NCBI GenBank assembly: GCA_963783385.1
Contig: CAWANJ010000006.1
Span: 463,675-527,674 of the forward strand
Origin: an uncultured Gemmatimonadales bacterium
GTDB taxonomy: Bacteria > Gemmatimonadota > Gemmatimonadetes > Palauibacterales > Palauibacteraceae
DNA: 64,000 nucleotides
Direction of reading: 5' to 3'
Shown: one piece after another, positions 32,278-42,184 of the stretch
How positions within the stretch are numbered: the stretch's first letter is position 1
Layout of the letters: the number at the start of each line of letters is the position of its first letter
Notes under the pieces: generated by a model
The model's database searches: none
What the model was told of the DNA's origin: nothing
Seen by the model: the letters and a program-made list of their open reading frames with translations, nothing else
Translations under genes and position numbers: made by a program

Positions 32278-32978
32278 CGGCCTTCGAGGAGCGGGCCGAA
32301 CAGATGTGGGAGGAGATCCCCGGGCCTTTTCGGGAGGGGATCGACGCGCTCCTGGTGGACGACGAGATCGTCGCCCACCCCGACCTCCCGGGCGTCTACA
32401 CGCTGGGCGAGTGCGTCACCGACCACTGGCCGGACGGGTACTCGGGCCAGGGCGAGGTCCGCTCCAGGGTCCTCCTCCACCACGGCTCCTTCGCGGCCCT
32501 GGCCGGGGCCGGCGGGGACTTCGACTGGGACCGGGAGCTGTGGGAGACGATCCTGCACGAGGTCCTCCACCACCGCGAGTTCTCGGCCTCGGAGGAAGGG
32601 CTGGAGCGCTACGACGAGGCGGTGGACCAGAACTTCCGACGCCACGCGGGCCGTCCCTTCGACCCGGCCTTCTACCGCGACGTGCCCGCCTCGGAGGAGG
32701 GCACGGTGCGCCTCGAGTCGGAGATCTTCGTGGAAGCGACCGTCGCCCTCGAGGCCCGCGAGGTGGGGTTCGACTGGCGGGGCCGCCGGTATACGGTCGA
32801 GGTTCCCGCTTCGAGGGCGGTCCAGTACGTGCGGGTGAGGAACCTGGCGGGCGGTCGCCTGTGGGTCGTCGTGTGGCGCGAGCGACCCTGGTGGCGGAGG
32901 ATCCAGCCCGCGGGGACATTGGGCGTCGAGGAGATCGAGCGCCGCGCACAGGGGCGCAGCCCCCAGGGAGAGAGGTAG
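32268..32978 (+). CDS. Zincin-like metallopeptidase family protein
   Basis: ETILHEVLHH motif; YTLGEC. Confidence 0.75.
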   Translation: MRLTAFEERAEQMWEEIPGPFREGIDALLVDDEIVAHPDLPGVYTLGECVTDHWPDGYSGQGEVRSRVLLHHGSFAALAGAGGDFDWDRELWETILHEVLHHREFSASEEGLERYDEAVDQNFRRHAGRPFDPAFYRDVPASEEGTVRLESEIFVEATVALEAREVGFDWRGRRYTVEVPASRAVQYVRVRNLAGGRLWVVVWRERPWWRRIQPAGTLGVEEIERRAQGRSPQGER

Positions 32979-32982
32979 GTCC

Positions 32983-34266
32983 ATGCCGTTGTTCGGAGGC
33001 TTCAGCCTCGGCCGCTGGTTCGGGTTCGAGGTGCGCATCGACTACTCGTGGTTCCTCATCTTCTTCCTGGTGGTGTGGACCCTGAGCGTCCAGGTCTTCC
33101 CGCACGACCTGGGGGGCTATCCCGAGACCGTCTACTGGACGATGGGGGTGGTCGCGGCTCTCCTCCTGTTCCTGTCGGTGCTCCTGCACGAGCTGTCGCA
33201 CTCTGCCGTGGCCCGGAGGCGGGGGATCCACGTCGAGGGGATCACCCTGTTCATCTTCGGCGGGGTGGCCCAGACGAGCATGGAGGCCAGCCGGCCGGTG
33301 GACGAGTTCCTGCTCACGGCGGCGGGCCCCCTGGCCAGCGTGGTCCTGGCCGGGATCTTCTATGGGCTCGGCGTGGGGGCGGACTTCGCGGGCTGGGGCG
33401 GACCGGTGACCGAGATCGCCGGTTACCTGGCGTTTCTGAACCTGGCCCTGGCCATCTTCAACCTGGTGCCCGGCTTCCCGCTGGACGGGGGCCGCCTGCT
33501 GAGGTCGGCGGTGTGGCACTTCACCGGGAGCCTGCGCAAGGCCACCCGCCTGGCCACCACGGCGGGCCGCGGCTTCGGTTACCTGATGATCCTGGCGGGG
33601 CTGTGGTTCCTGTGGCAGGGCGCCCTGATCAACGGCATGTGGCTGGCCTTCATCGGCTGGTTCCTGGCCAACGCCGCCTCCAACAGCTGGCGCCAGTTCG
33701 TGTCCAGGCAGATCCTGGCGGACGTGCCCGTGGAGCGTGCGCTCCAGCCCCTGCCGCCCCCGGTCGAGGCGGACCGGGTCCTGGCCGACGTGGTCGACGA
33801 GCCCTTCCTGAGAGCCGGCGTCGGCGCCGTGCCCGTCCTCCGCGAGGGCCGGCTGGTGGGCGTGCTGTCGGTCGAGGACGTGGCCGAGGTGCCGCCCCCG
33901 GAGCGCGCGACCACCCGGGTGGCGGCGGTCATGACGCCCATCGAGGAGGTGTCGGCCGTGCCCCTCCACAGCAGCCTGGACGGCGTGCTCGGCCGGCTCC
34001 GGGCCGGCAATGGAACCCGCCTCCTGGTGCTCGACGGGGAGCGCCTCGTGGGGATCCTCACGCCCCACGACGTGGTCGGCTGGCTCGAGCGCGCCCGGCG
34101 CCTGGGGCTGGACCGGTCGGAGGCCGAGGGCGCGCGGGGGGAGCCCGGCGCCGGGCACGTGGAGCCATCGGCGCCGGGCGTGTCAGCCGGCGCTCCGACG
34201 GAGGTGGGCCCGGGGGGCGAGCCGGGATCTGCCGGCCAGGGCCACGACGAAGGGGGCTGGGCTTGA
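32983..34266 (+). CDS. Site-2 protease (M50) with CBS domains
   Basis: HELSH, AGP, FNLVPGFPLDGGR, two CBS repeats. Confidence 0.94.
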   Translation: MPLFGGFSLGRWFGFEVRIDYSWFLIFFLVVWTLSVQVFPHDLGGYPETVYWTMGVVAALLLFLSVLLHELSHSAVARRRGIHVEGITLFIFGGVAQTSMEASRPVDEFLLTAAGPLASVVLAGIFYGLGVGADFAGWGGPVTEIAGYLAFLNLALAIFNLVPGFPLDGGRLLRSAVWHFTGSLRKATRLATTAGRGFGYLMILAGLWFLWQGALINGMWLAFIGWFLANAASNSWRQFVSRQILADVPVERALQPLPPPVEADRVLADVVDEPFLRAGVGAVPVLREGRLVGVLSVEDVAEVPPPERATTRVAAVMTPIEEVSAVPLHSSLDGVLGRLRAGNGTRLLVLDGERLVGILTPHDVVGWLERARRLGLDRSEAEGARGEPGAGHVEPSAPGVSAGAPTEVGPGGEPGSAGQGHDEGGWA

Positions 34267-34898
34267 GCGCCCGCGCCGCCGAGATCGCCCGCCGGCTGGC
34301 CGACGAATACCCGGAGACCGACATCTCGCTCGACTGGTCCAACCCCCTCGAGCTGCTCGTGTCCACCATCCTCTCGGCCCAGTGCACGGACGAACGGGTG
34401 CGGGAGGTGACGAAGGACCTGTTCCGGGAGTACCGGACGCCCGAGGACTACGCCGACGCGGACCGGGGCGAGCTGGAGGAGGCCATCCGCTCCACCGGCT
34501 TCTTCCGGAACAAGGCGAAGCACATCCAGGAGACGGCGAAGAAGATCTGCGAGGAGCACGGCGGGAGGGTCCCGGACACCATGGAGGAGCTCCTCACCCT
34601 GCCCGGCGTGGCCCGGAAGACCGCCAACGTGGTGCTCTCGAACGCGTTCGGGAAGAACGAGGGGATCGTGGTCGACACGCACGTCAAACGGGTGAGCCGC
34701 CGGCTGGGGCTCGCCTCCTCCTCGAACCCGGAGAAGATCGAGCGCTCGCTCATGGAGGTCCTCCCGAAGAACCAGTGGAGGACGTTCGCCTGGCGGCTCA
34801 TCCTCCACGGCCGGAACGTGTGCCACGGCCGCAAGGACCCCGAATGCGACCGGTGCGTGCTCTCCGACCTGTGCCCGAGCGCGTTCAGCTTCGGGTGA
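34263..34898 (+). CDS. nth: Endonuclease III
   Basis: LSAQCTD, LPGVARKTANVV HhH, VDTHV, C-x7-C-x2-C-x5-C iron-sulfur motif. Confidence 0.95.
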   Translation: MSARAAEIARRLADEYPETDISLDWSNPLELLVSTILSAQCTDERVREVTKDLFREYRTPEDYADADRGELEEAIRSTGFFRNKAKHIQETAKKICEEHGGRVPDTMEELLTLPGVARKTANVVLSNAFGKNEGIVVDTHVKRVSRRLGLASSSNPEKIERSLMEVLPKNQWRTFAWRLILHGRNVCHGRKDPECDRCVLSDLCPSAFSFG

Positions 34899-34902
34899 GA
34901 TC

Positions 34903-36129
34903 GTGTCGGAGGCCGCAGGTCGTCTGAAGCGGCGGGCCCTCGATCTCGGCTTCGACGCCGTCGGGATCGCGCCCGCCGAACCGCCGGCGCACGCGGCCTG
35001 GTACCGGGAGTGGCTGGAGCGCGGCTGGCACGGGGCAATGGGTTATCTGGCCCGCGAGGATGCCGTGCGGCGCCGCGTGTCGCTCGAGGAGGCGCTGCCC
35101 GGCTGTCGTAGCGTGATCGTGGTCGCGCTGAGCTACGCCGCCGGCGAGGAAGGGCGCGTCCCGGATTCGACTCCGGAGACCGCGGGCTCGGACGGACCGG
35201 CGGGGCCCGCGCCCACGACCGTCTCCGCCCCGCCTTCCTTCGGCCCGCCCCCCGAGGCCTCCGACCCCCTCGCCCCGGTCATCGCTCGCTATGCCCGCGG
35301 GCCCGACTACCATGGTGTGTTCGAGGCGAAGCTCGCCGCGCTGGCCGGGGAGATCGAGGCGATCGAGCCGGCCGCCCGCGCCCTGCCCTACGTGGACTAC
35401 GGCCCGGTCCTGGAGCGCGACCACGCCCAGCGCGCCGGCCTGGGCTGGATCGGCAAGAACACCCTCCTCATCGACCCGGAGCTCGGCTCGTGGCTCCTGC
35501 TCGGCGAGCTCCTCACCACCCTCGAGCTGGAGCCCGACGAACCGTTCGCGGCCGACCGCTGCGGGACGTGCGCGCGCTGCATCGAGGCCTGCCCCACCGG
35601 CGCCATCCGGGGAGCGCGCCGGCTCGACGCCCGGCGCTGCATCTCCTACCTGACCATCGAGCTCCGGGGCCCCATTCCCGAGGATCTGCGGCCGGCGATC
35701 GGGAACCGCGTGTTCGGCTGCGATATCTGTCAGGAGGTGTGTCCCTGGAACCGGGAAATCCCGGAGGGCTCGTTTCCGGCCCGTGACGGGGTCGTTGGCG
35801 GAAGCCCGGACGACGCAGCGCCGGCGTCCGACCGGCCGCCGGCGAGCGGTCCGAGGCGGGCGCGCCCCGGCCGGCCCGTGCCGTTCGACTCGATGATCGC
35901 GTGGGCCGAGGAGCTGCTCGAGCTGGACGAGGGGGGCTTCCGGCGGCGCTACCGGCGGACGGCGCTCTACCGGGCCCGGCTCGAGGGCCTGCTCAGGAAC
36001 CTGTGCGTGGGGCTCGGGAACAGCGGCCGCCGGGAGGCCGTGCCCGTCCTGGAGCGCTGCCTGTCGGAGGGCCCGGAGCTGGCGGCCGAGCACGCGGCGT
36101 GGGCGCTGGAGCGGCTCAGGGCCCGGTAG
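34903..36129 (+). CDS. queG: tRNA epoxyqueuosine(34) reductase
   Basis: YARGPDYH, GLGWIGKN, CGTCARCIEACPT, CISYLTIE, GCDICQEVCPWN. Confidence 0.95.
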   Translation: MSEAAGRLKRRALDLGFDAVGIAPAEPPAHAAWYREWLERGWHGAMGYLAREDAVRRRVSLEEALPGCRSVIVVALSYAAGEEGRVPDSTPETAGSDGPAGPAPTTVSAPPSFGPPPEASDPLAPVIARYARGPDYHGVFEAKLAALAGEIEAIEPAARALPYVDYGPVLERDHAQRAGLGWIGKNTLLIDPELGSWLLLGELLTTLELEPDEPFAADRCGTCARCIEACPTGAIRGARRLDARRCISYLTIELRGPIPEDLRPAIGNRVFGCDICQEVCPWNREIPEGSFPARDGVVGGSPDDAAPASDRPPASGPRRARPGRPVPFDSMIAWAEELLELDEGGFRRRYRRTALYRARLEGLLRNLCVGLGNSGRREAVPVLERCLSEGPELAAEHAAWALERLRAR

Positions 36130-37585
36130 CGGCCGGGCGCCCGGCGCGACGGGCGGCCCGCATCGTCTGATTCCCCAGCGTCAGCGTCACGCCCGTGACC
36201 GCACCGGACCCGTCCCGCTGGAAGACCACCTGCACCCCGGCGACCACGCGGACCGTGAAACGGTCGCCGCCGAGCGGCAGGAGCAGGGCGTCGCCCCGGC
36301 CCGGGACGTGGATGTAGGGGTCGCCGCGGAAGCGGAAGACGCGCACGGTGCCGCCGGAGGACAGGTCGTAGTCTCCCATGAAGGGTTGGAGGGCGGCGCT
36401 GTCCAGGGTGACCGGGTCCGGCCAGCGGTACGCCGGGAGCTGGCTGGCGAAAGGACGCGGGTCGAGCGCCACGAGTCGGGGATCGGAGGATGGCTCGCCC
36501 CCGCGGGCTTCCGAGATGAGCTCGGCGATCCTCCAGGCGTCGACGCCGTGGATCTCGCGCCCGTGGTCGGTGTCCGCGCGGTGCACGATGACCAGGTCGA
36601 GGCCCGGGATCACCCACACGGCCTGGCTTCCGGTCCCGCGCCCCATGTCAATGCGCTGTCCAGAGAGCGTGGGATAGCGGTCCGCGGACAGGGCGCCGGG
36701 CGCGTAGGTCCACCACAGATAGGCGTAACCGCTCCCGTGGCCCAGGTCGGAGACCGGGGTGGTGCTGGTCCGGACCCAATCGGCGGGGATCACCTGGCGT
36801 CCGTCCCAGCGGCCCTCCTGCAGGTACAGCTGTCCGAAGCGCGCCAGGTCCCGGGCCGACATGCGGAAGGTCTGGGCGGGGTAGGTCGACCGGGTGGGCT
36901 CGTAGGCGCGGAAGCCGTCCGACGGGCTCCAGTCCTCCATGCCGATGGGCCGGGCGATGCGCCGCTCGAACGCGCGGTAGAGGTCCTCCCCCGTCTCCCG
37001 CTCGAAGATCACGCCCGCGACGTTGAAGTCCCAGTTGTTGTAGAACCAGAAGGTCCCGGGCGGGTGGCTACCGCGCTCGGGCCGCTCCTCGTCCTGGGAC
37101 TGCGGCGCGTAGGCGGCCGGGAGGTACACTCCGCTCCGGGCCGTCAGGAGGTCCCGTACGGTGGCCCGCCCCTCCGCGGCCGTGAGCTTTCCGCCGTCGT
37201 CGATGCCGAGGTCGGCGAGCGAGGCCTCGAGGTCGATCGCGCCCGCGGCCACCGCGGTCCCGTACAGCGCGCTCACCAGGCTCTTGCGGACCGAGTGCAG
37301 CTCCAGGTTCCGGTCGACCGCGCCGCAGGCGACGACCGCGTGCCCCCGGAACACGGCCATCACCGCGGCCGAGCCGACGCTGTCCGCATAGTCGCAGGCC
37401 CGGTCGAGGCCGGCTCCATCGAAGCCCGCCTCGGCCGGTTCGGCGTACTGGAGCCAGGGCCCGGTGCCGGCCTCGGCGGCCTTCGGCGCCCCGGCCGGCG
37501 GACCGCATGCGAGGAGAGTCGCCGAGACGACGGTGATCAGGGAAACGCGGGACGCGGCGGCGGTCGGACGCGGACGAGAGGACAT
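36116..37585 (-). CDS. Serine hydrolase (beta-lactamase class C-like) lipoprotein
   Basis: SVRK, YNN, LLAC lipobox. Confidence 0.9.
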   Translation of the reverse strand: MSSRPRPTAAASRVSLITVVSATLLACGPPAGAPKAAEAGTGPWLQYAEPAEAGFDGAGLDRACDYADSVGSAAVMAVFRGHAVVACGAVDRNLELHSVRKSLVSALYGTAVAAGAIDLEASLADLGIDDGGKLTAAEGRATVRDLLTARSGVYLPAAYAPQSQDEERPERGSHPPGTFWFYNNWDFNVAGVIFERETGEDLYRAFERRIARPIGMEDWSPSDGFRAYEPTRSTYPAQTFRMSARDLARFGQLYLQEGRWDGRQVIPADWVRTSTTPVSDLGHGSGYAYLWWTYAPGALSADRYPTLSGQRIDMGRGTGSQAVWVIPGLDLVIVHRADTDHGREIHGVDAWRIAELISEARGGEPSSDPRLVALDPRPFASQLPAYRWPDPVTLDSAALQPFMGDYDLSSGGTVRVFRFRGDPYIHVPGRGDALLLPLGGDRFTVRVVAGVQVVFQRDGSGAVTGVTLTLGNQTMRAARRAGRPAATGP

Positions 37586-37639
37586 GCCGGGCTCCGGGCT
37601 GGGGTCTTCCAGCCCAACGGGAATTCGCGGACCGGGGTT

Positions 37640-38761
37640 TCAGGGAGCCGGGTCGAACAGGTCGCGCAGCCGACCGAAAGCGCGCTGGACACGGGGCCCG
37701 TAGTCGGGGCCGATCGCGTTGGAGAGGAGCACGACCACCACGCCGCTGTCCAGGTCGGCGGCCGTGAAGGCGGCGGCGCCCTCACCCCAGCCGGAGATCT
37801 CCAGGATCCGGCGTCCGGAGGGATCCCGGTGGGCGCCCGGGAAGACCATGCGCTGCAGCGTGGTCGGACGGAGGAGGTCTCCCTCGAGGGTGGCGCGGTA
37901 GATGCCCAGGAGGTCGGCCGCGGTCGACAGGTAGGCCCCCGCGCCCCACTTGCACGTGTTGTCGACGGCGGGCGCGGGCCGAGGCGCGCCCCGCCCGGGG
38001 ACCGAATAGAACGCCGCCCGGCCGGGGATGTCGGTCGTCGGATCGTCGATCACCGTATGTACGGCTCCCGCGGGGCCCAGGACCCGTTCCCGGACCAGTA
38101 GCGGGAACGGCCGACCCGCCGCCGCCCCCAGCACGCGACTCAGTAGCACGTAGCCCCAGGAGGAGTAGCTCCGGGTGGTGCCCGGGGGATGGAGGAGCGG
38201 ATCGTCTTCGAAGATCGGGAGGGCGTCGGCGACAGTGGCGCAGTGGCGACGGGAGCTGGCCTCGGAGGCGTTCCGGTAGTGCCGGATTCCGGCCGTGTGG
38301 GCCAGGAGCTCGGCCGCCGTGATCGGCGCGCCCTTGTCCGGGAAGCCCGGGAGATAGCGGCGCACGGGGGCCGAGAGGTCCAGCTCTCCCTGCTCGACGA
38401 GCGCCGCCGCCGCGAGGGTGGTGATGCCCTTGCTCACGCTGTAGACGCGAAATCGGGTGGATGTCGGGTCCACGGGCGCCCCGGTGCGGAGATCCGCGAA
38501 GCCGAGCCCCGCCAGCCACACGGTTCTGCCATCCACCGACACGCCGACGGCGAGCCCCGCCCCATGTTCAGCGATCCCCTCCAGCGACCCCAGCGCGGAG
38601 TCGATGGCCGCGGCACGTTCCGGCGACCGGACGGCCGTCGTGACCGGGACCGAGTCGGCCGGGGGGGAGGGCCACCCGGGGGCCGCACGCGCGGCAACCC
38701 CGTGGGTGGCTCCGGCCAGGAGCAGCGCCGCCGCCCACGCGCCCGGGGAGCCGCCCGTCAC
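37640..38761 (-). CDS. Serine hydrolase (beta-lactamase-like), secreted
   Basis: SVSK, LLAHTAG, YSS. Confidence 0.88.
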   Translation of the reverse strand: MTGGSPGAWAAALLLAGATHGVAARAAPGWPSPPADSVPVTTAVRSPERAAAIDSALGSLEGIAEHGAGLAVGVSVDGRTVWLAGLGFADLRTGAPVDPTSTRFRVYSVSKGITTLAAAALVEQGELDLSAPVRRYLPGFPDKGAPITAAELLAHTAGIRHYRNASEASSRRHCATVADALPIFEDDPLLHPPGTTRSYSSWGYVLLSRVLGAAAGRPFPLLVRERVLGPAGAVHTVIDDPTTDIPGRAAFYSVPGRGAPRPAPAVDNTCKWGAGAYLSTAADLLGIYRATLEGDLLRPTTLQRMVFPGAHRDPSGRRILEISGWGEGAAAFTAADLDSGVVVVLLSNAIGPDYGPRVQRAFGRLRDLFDPAP

Positions 38762-39552
38762 AGCAGGACCACCAGCAGGCCGGCCGCGGCCAGCCCGAGC
38801 CCGGTCGCGGCGAGGACCCGGCCGTGCCGCGCCTCGAGCCGCAGCGGGAAGGGGCCCACCGCGCGGCGGACCGCCGCCGTCCACCACGCCGCCGCCGCGC
38901 CCGCGAGGAGCCACCACACGCCCGTGGCGAGGGCGCCCACCCCGGCGACGTACACCCAATAGCTCGGCGCGCGCGTCCCGGGAATGGGCGGGGCGCCGGG
39001 ATTCCGGGCGGCATCCAGGACGCCGCCGATCTGGGCCTGGGACCAGACGAGCACGGCCGGTGCCACGAGCAGGGCCGTGACCAGGGCGGCCGTGGAGGCG
39101 ACCAGCACGAGTCGCAGGAGCCGGCCCGGCGCGTCCTTGGCCCGGCCTGCGACCCGCCCACCCGTGGCGAGGCGGCCGAGCAAGAGGCCCGCGGCGACCA
39201 GCACGAACGCGGCCGGGAGCGCGGTGCCTCCGGCGACGAGAAGGGCTCCCACCAAGAGGAGCCCGAGCGCGGCCAACGCCGTCCAGGTCGCTGCGGGCCG
39301 GGATTTCGACCCCGCTCCGGCCGCCTCGATCAGGCTCTCCGGCGCTCCGAGTCGTTCGAGAACGCCGTCCATCTCCGCGGCGGTGACCGGGCCACGCGCG
39401 GGCCGGGCCGCGCCGAGCTCGGTGTCCACGTGCTCCCGAAGTCCGCGGAGGACCTCGGCCGCGTCCAGTCCCGGCTCGCCTGCCAGCGAGCGACGTGCGT
39501 CGCTCATGTACTCCTCCAGGCGGCGTCTCGCCCTCTCAGTCATCTCCAGCAT
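38758..39552 (-). CDS. HAAS-domain membrane protein
   Basis: N-terminal LREHVDTEL...LERLGAPE, then several TM helices; downstream of PadR. Confidence 0.75.
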   Translation of the reverse strand: MLEMTERARRRLEEYMSDARRSLAGEPGLDAAEVLRGLREHVDTELGAARPARGPVTAAEMDGVLERLGAPESLIEAAGAGSKSRPAATWTALAALGLLLVGALLVAGGTALPAAFVLVAAGLLLGRLATGGRVAGRAKDAPGRLLRLVLVASTAALVTALLVAPAVLVWSQAQIGGVLDAARNPGAPPIPGTRAPSYWVYVAGVGALATGVWWLLAGAAAAWWTAAVRRAVGPFPLRLEARHGRVLAATGLGLAAAGLLVVLL

Positions 39553-39892
39553 GGTCCTCGCTCCGGATCGCGTCGATGCCCTCGCCGATGGCGTCCCAGC
39601 GGTCGTTCATGTCCGCCAGGACGGAGGCCCCCCGGGGGGTGAGCCGGTAGTACTTGCGCGCGGGTCCCTCCGGCGATGGCTCCAGCGAGGTGGCGGCCAG
39701 CCCCTCTCGCTCCAGTCGCCCGAGGATCGGGTAGATCGTGCCCTCGCCGATCACCAGCCCCGGGACCCCGCGCAGCAGCTTCACGATCTCGTAGCCGTAG
39801 CGGGCCCGTCCCCGGATGGCGTTCATCACGCCCAGGTCCAGGAGCCCCTTTCGCGTCTGCGTAATCCAGTTCTCCACGAAATCGTCGGCCAT
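39536..39892 (-). CDS. PadR-family transcriptional regulator
   Basis: RKGLL, YGYEI, EGTIYPILGRLE, GPARKYYRLT. Confidence 0.95.
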   Translation of the reverse strand: MADDFVENWITQTRKGLLDLGVMNAIRGRARYGYEIVKLLRGVPGLVIGEGTIYPILGRLEREGLAATSLEPSPEGPARKYYRLTPRGASVLADMNDRWDAIGEGIDAIRSEDHAGDD

Positions 39893-39898
39893 GGATCC

Positions 39899-39927
39899 AC
39901 TATATGGCTATCCATGGTAGCTGTCAA
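39899..39927 (-). promoter_or_regulatory. Sigma70 promoter TTGACA-N17-TATAGT for padR (probably leaderless)
   Basis: Near-consensus hexamers, -10 ends 6 nt before ATG; TACCATG repeats flank the -35. Confidence 0.85.
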
Positions 39928-40041
39928 TACATGGTACCAGGAGGATGGGAGGAGGGTGCGCGGCAGGCGGCATGGAGAAGGCCGTGCACGCCGGCCGGAG
40001 GGCGCCGGCCGGAGGTTCAGCTCGGAGCGGGCCCCGGCGAG

Positions 40042-40281
40042 CTAGCTGGCCGGGGCCAGGATCTCCTTCACCTGGTCGACCGACAGGACGTGTCCCGCCG
40101 ACCGGACCTGGCCGTCCACCGCCAGGGCGGGCGTCACCATGACGCCCATCCGGGCCAGGTCGACGATTCCCTCGACCTTCTCGATCTCGGCGGCCACGCC
40201 CAGCTCCTCGACCGCCCGCCGGGCGTTGTCGGTGAGGGCCCTGCACTTGGCGCATCCGGTGCCCAGGATCTGGATCTTCAT
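40042..40281 (-). CDS. Small redox-active disulfide protein (thioredoxin family)
   Basis: MKIQILGTGCAKC, GVMVTPALAVDG. Confidence 0.92.
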   Translation of the reverse strand: MKIQILGTGCAKCRALTDNARRAVEELGVAAEIEKVEGIVDLARMGVMVTPALAVDGQVRSAGHVLSVDQVKEILAPAS

Positions 40282-40328
40282 GGTAGGGTTCCTTCTGGAT
40301 TGGAGGACCGTGCGGCTCCGTGGAAGCC

Positions 40329-41690
40329 TCACGCGATCGCCCCGTAGATCATCCCCGCCGTCGTGGCCATGACGACCACCAGCCCGAGGAAGGTGAGGGT
40401 CTTCTTCGTTCCGATCATGCTCCTGATCACCAGGAGGCTGGGCAGGGAGAGCGCCGGCCCGGCCAGGAGGAGGGTAAGCGCCGGTCCCCGGCCCATCCCG
40501 CTCCCGAGCAGGCCCTGGAGGATGGGCACCTCCGTCAGGGTCGCGAAATACATGAAGGCGCCGGCCACGGAGGCGAACAGGTTCGCTCCCAGGGAGTTGC
40601 CTCCGACAGCGCCCGCGATCCACGCGGACGGGATGAGGCCCTCGTGGCCCGGCCTTCCCAGCAGCAGGCCGGCCACCAGGATGCCGACGAGGAGAAGCGG
40701 GAAGATCTGCTTCGCGAATCCCCACGTCGCCGCGAACCACTCTCCGGCCTCTCCTCCGCTCGTGCTGGCGGCCAGCGACAGGCCCACGGTGGCGCCGGCG
40801 AACGGGACGAGGGGCTCGCCGGGGAAGGTCAGGGCGAGGCCGGCCGTGACGGCCGTGACCGCTCCGACCTCGAGCGCGCTCATCCCGATCCAGCGCACCA
40901 GCGCGAAGGCCAGGAGCAGGCCCGAAGCCGCCGTGAGCTTCCACTTGGCTGCGTACACGGCGTGCCACAGCCCCCCGGTCGCGTCGGGCGCGCCCCAGTT
41001 GGCGAACACCAGCACGCCCACCAGCGAGGCGAAGAAGAGCGCGGTCTGCCACAGGGGGCGGTCGGCCGGTCCGTCGGTGGAGACGACCGGCACCCGGTCC
41101 GCCCGCTCCCGCTCATCCCGGCGGAAGAGGACGTGCATCAGGAGCCCGATCACCAGCGCGAACACCACAGCGCCGGCGGCCCGCGCCACGCCGATCTCGG
41201 CCCCCAGTACGTTTGCGGTGAGGACGATGGCCAGCACGTTGATGGCCGGACCCGAGTACAGGAAGGCCGAGGCGGGGCCCAACCCCGCTCCGTTGGCGTA
41301 GATGCCGCCGAACAGCGGCAGCACCGTGCACGAGCACACCGCGAGCAGCGTTCCGGACACGGAGGCGACGCCGTAGGCCACCGGCTTCGGAGCCCGCGGT
41401 CCCAGGTAGGCGAGGACCGATTCCCGGCGCAGGAACACGGAGATGGCCCCGGCGATGAAGAAGGCGGGAACCAGGCACAGCAGCACGTGCGCCCGGGCGT
41501 ACCACCTCGTGAGCGCAAGCGCCTCCGTCACCGCGCCGTCGAACCGCGCCGTCCCCACCGGCAGCAGGTAGAAGGCCAGGAAGAGGGCGGCGATCCAGGC
41601 CAGCGGCTTCCACTCGCGGGCCCACGCCGTCGCCGCGCCTCCGGCGCGGCGCGACGCCCACCACTCCATCGTCCGGCCGGAGGCCATCAC
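40329..41690 (-). CDS. ArsP/DUF318-type permease
   Basis: AVCSCTVLPLF, GPAINVLA, YFATLTEVP, GPALSLP. Confidence 0.9.
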   Translation of the reverse strand: MMASGRTMEWWASRRAGGAATAWAREWKPLAWIAALFLAFYLLPVGTARFDGAVTEALALTRWYARAHVLLCLVPAFFIAGAISVFLRRESVLAYLGPRAPKPVAYGVASVSGTLLAVCSCTVLPLFGGIYANGAGLGPASAFLYSGPAINVLAIVLTANVLGAEIGVARAAGAVVFALVIGLLMHVLFRRDERERADRVPVVSTDGPADRPLWQTALFFASLVGVLVFANWGAPDATGGLWHAVYAAKWKLTAASGLLLAFALVRWIGMSALEVGAVTAVTAGLALTFPGEPLVPFAGATVGLSLAASTSGGEAGEWFAATWGFAKQIFPLLLVGILVAGLLLGRPGHEGLIPSAWIAGAVGGNSLGANLFASVAGAFMYFATLTEVPILQGLLGSGMGRGPALTLLLAGPALSLPSLLVIRSMIGTKKTLTFLGLVVVMATTAGMIYGAIA

Positions 41691-42067
41691 ACGGCCGCCG
41701 GCTGGTCCTCGAGCGCCTCGCTCGCGGCCTTTCCGGCTTCGCGGCCCGCGCGGATCTGGACGAGCACCGGCGTGGCTTCCGGCAGCGGCCGGTCCGCCAG
41801 GAGGGCGCGAAGGACGACGAGGACGGCCGCCAGATCAGGACCGGGGGTCCGGGGCAGCCGGTAGTTGACGATGAGCCCGTCCCGCTCGTCCACCAGCAGG
41901 CCCGCGTCCCGCAGATAGCGGAGGTGGCGGGAGGCCTTGGACTGGGTGATCCCCATGACGCGCTCCACCTCGCACACGCACAGGGGCCCGTGGCGGAAGA
42001 CGAGCCCCAGGATCGTAAGCCGCGTCTCGTCCGAGAGCGCCTTGAAGGTCTGCGCAAGAGAGTCCAC
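41687..42067 (-). CDS. ArsR/SmtB-family regulator
   Basis: FKALSDETRL, LCVCE, SKASRHL. Confidence 0.93.
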   Translation of the reverse strand: MDSLAQTFKALSDETRLTILGLVFRHGPLCVCEVERVMGITQSKASRHLRYLRDAGLLVDERDGLIVNYRLPRTPGPDLAAVLVVLRALLADRPLPEATPVLVQIRAGREAGKAASEALEDQPAAV

Positions 42068-42096
42068 GTGCGTCCTCCACTATAACTGGGTACCCG

Positions 42097-42125
42097 AGTA
42101 TACAGGTAGGCTTGGGATAAGGCAA
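42097..42125 (-). promoter_or_regulatory. Sigma70-like promoter TTGCCT-N17-TATACT of the arsR operon
   Basis: Hexamers with 17-bp spacer; imperfect palindrome TATAACTGGGTACCCGAGTATA overlaps the -10/+1 region. Confidence 0.7.
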
Positions 42126-42184
42126 GCGTCAGGCGTCCATACGGAGATCCTGCCGGCAATGAATTCGGGGGAGGAGGCCGGCTG

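Noticed and set aside
40042-42125. ArsR-permease-thioredoxin operon as a novel system
   Set aside because: A common, well-known arrangement; annotated as features only.
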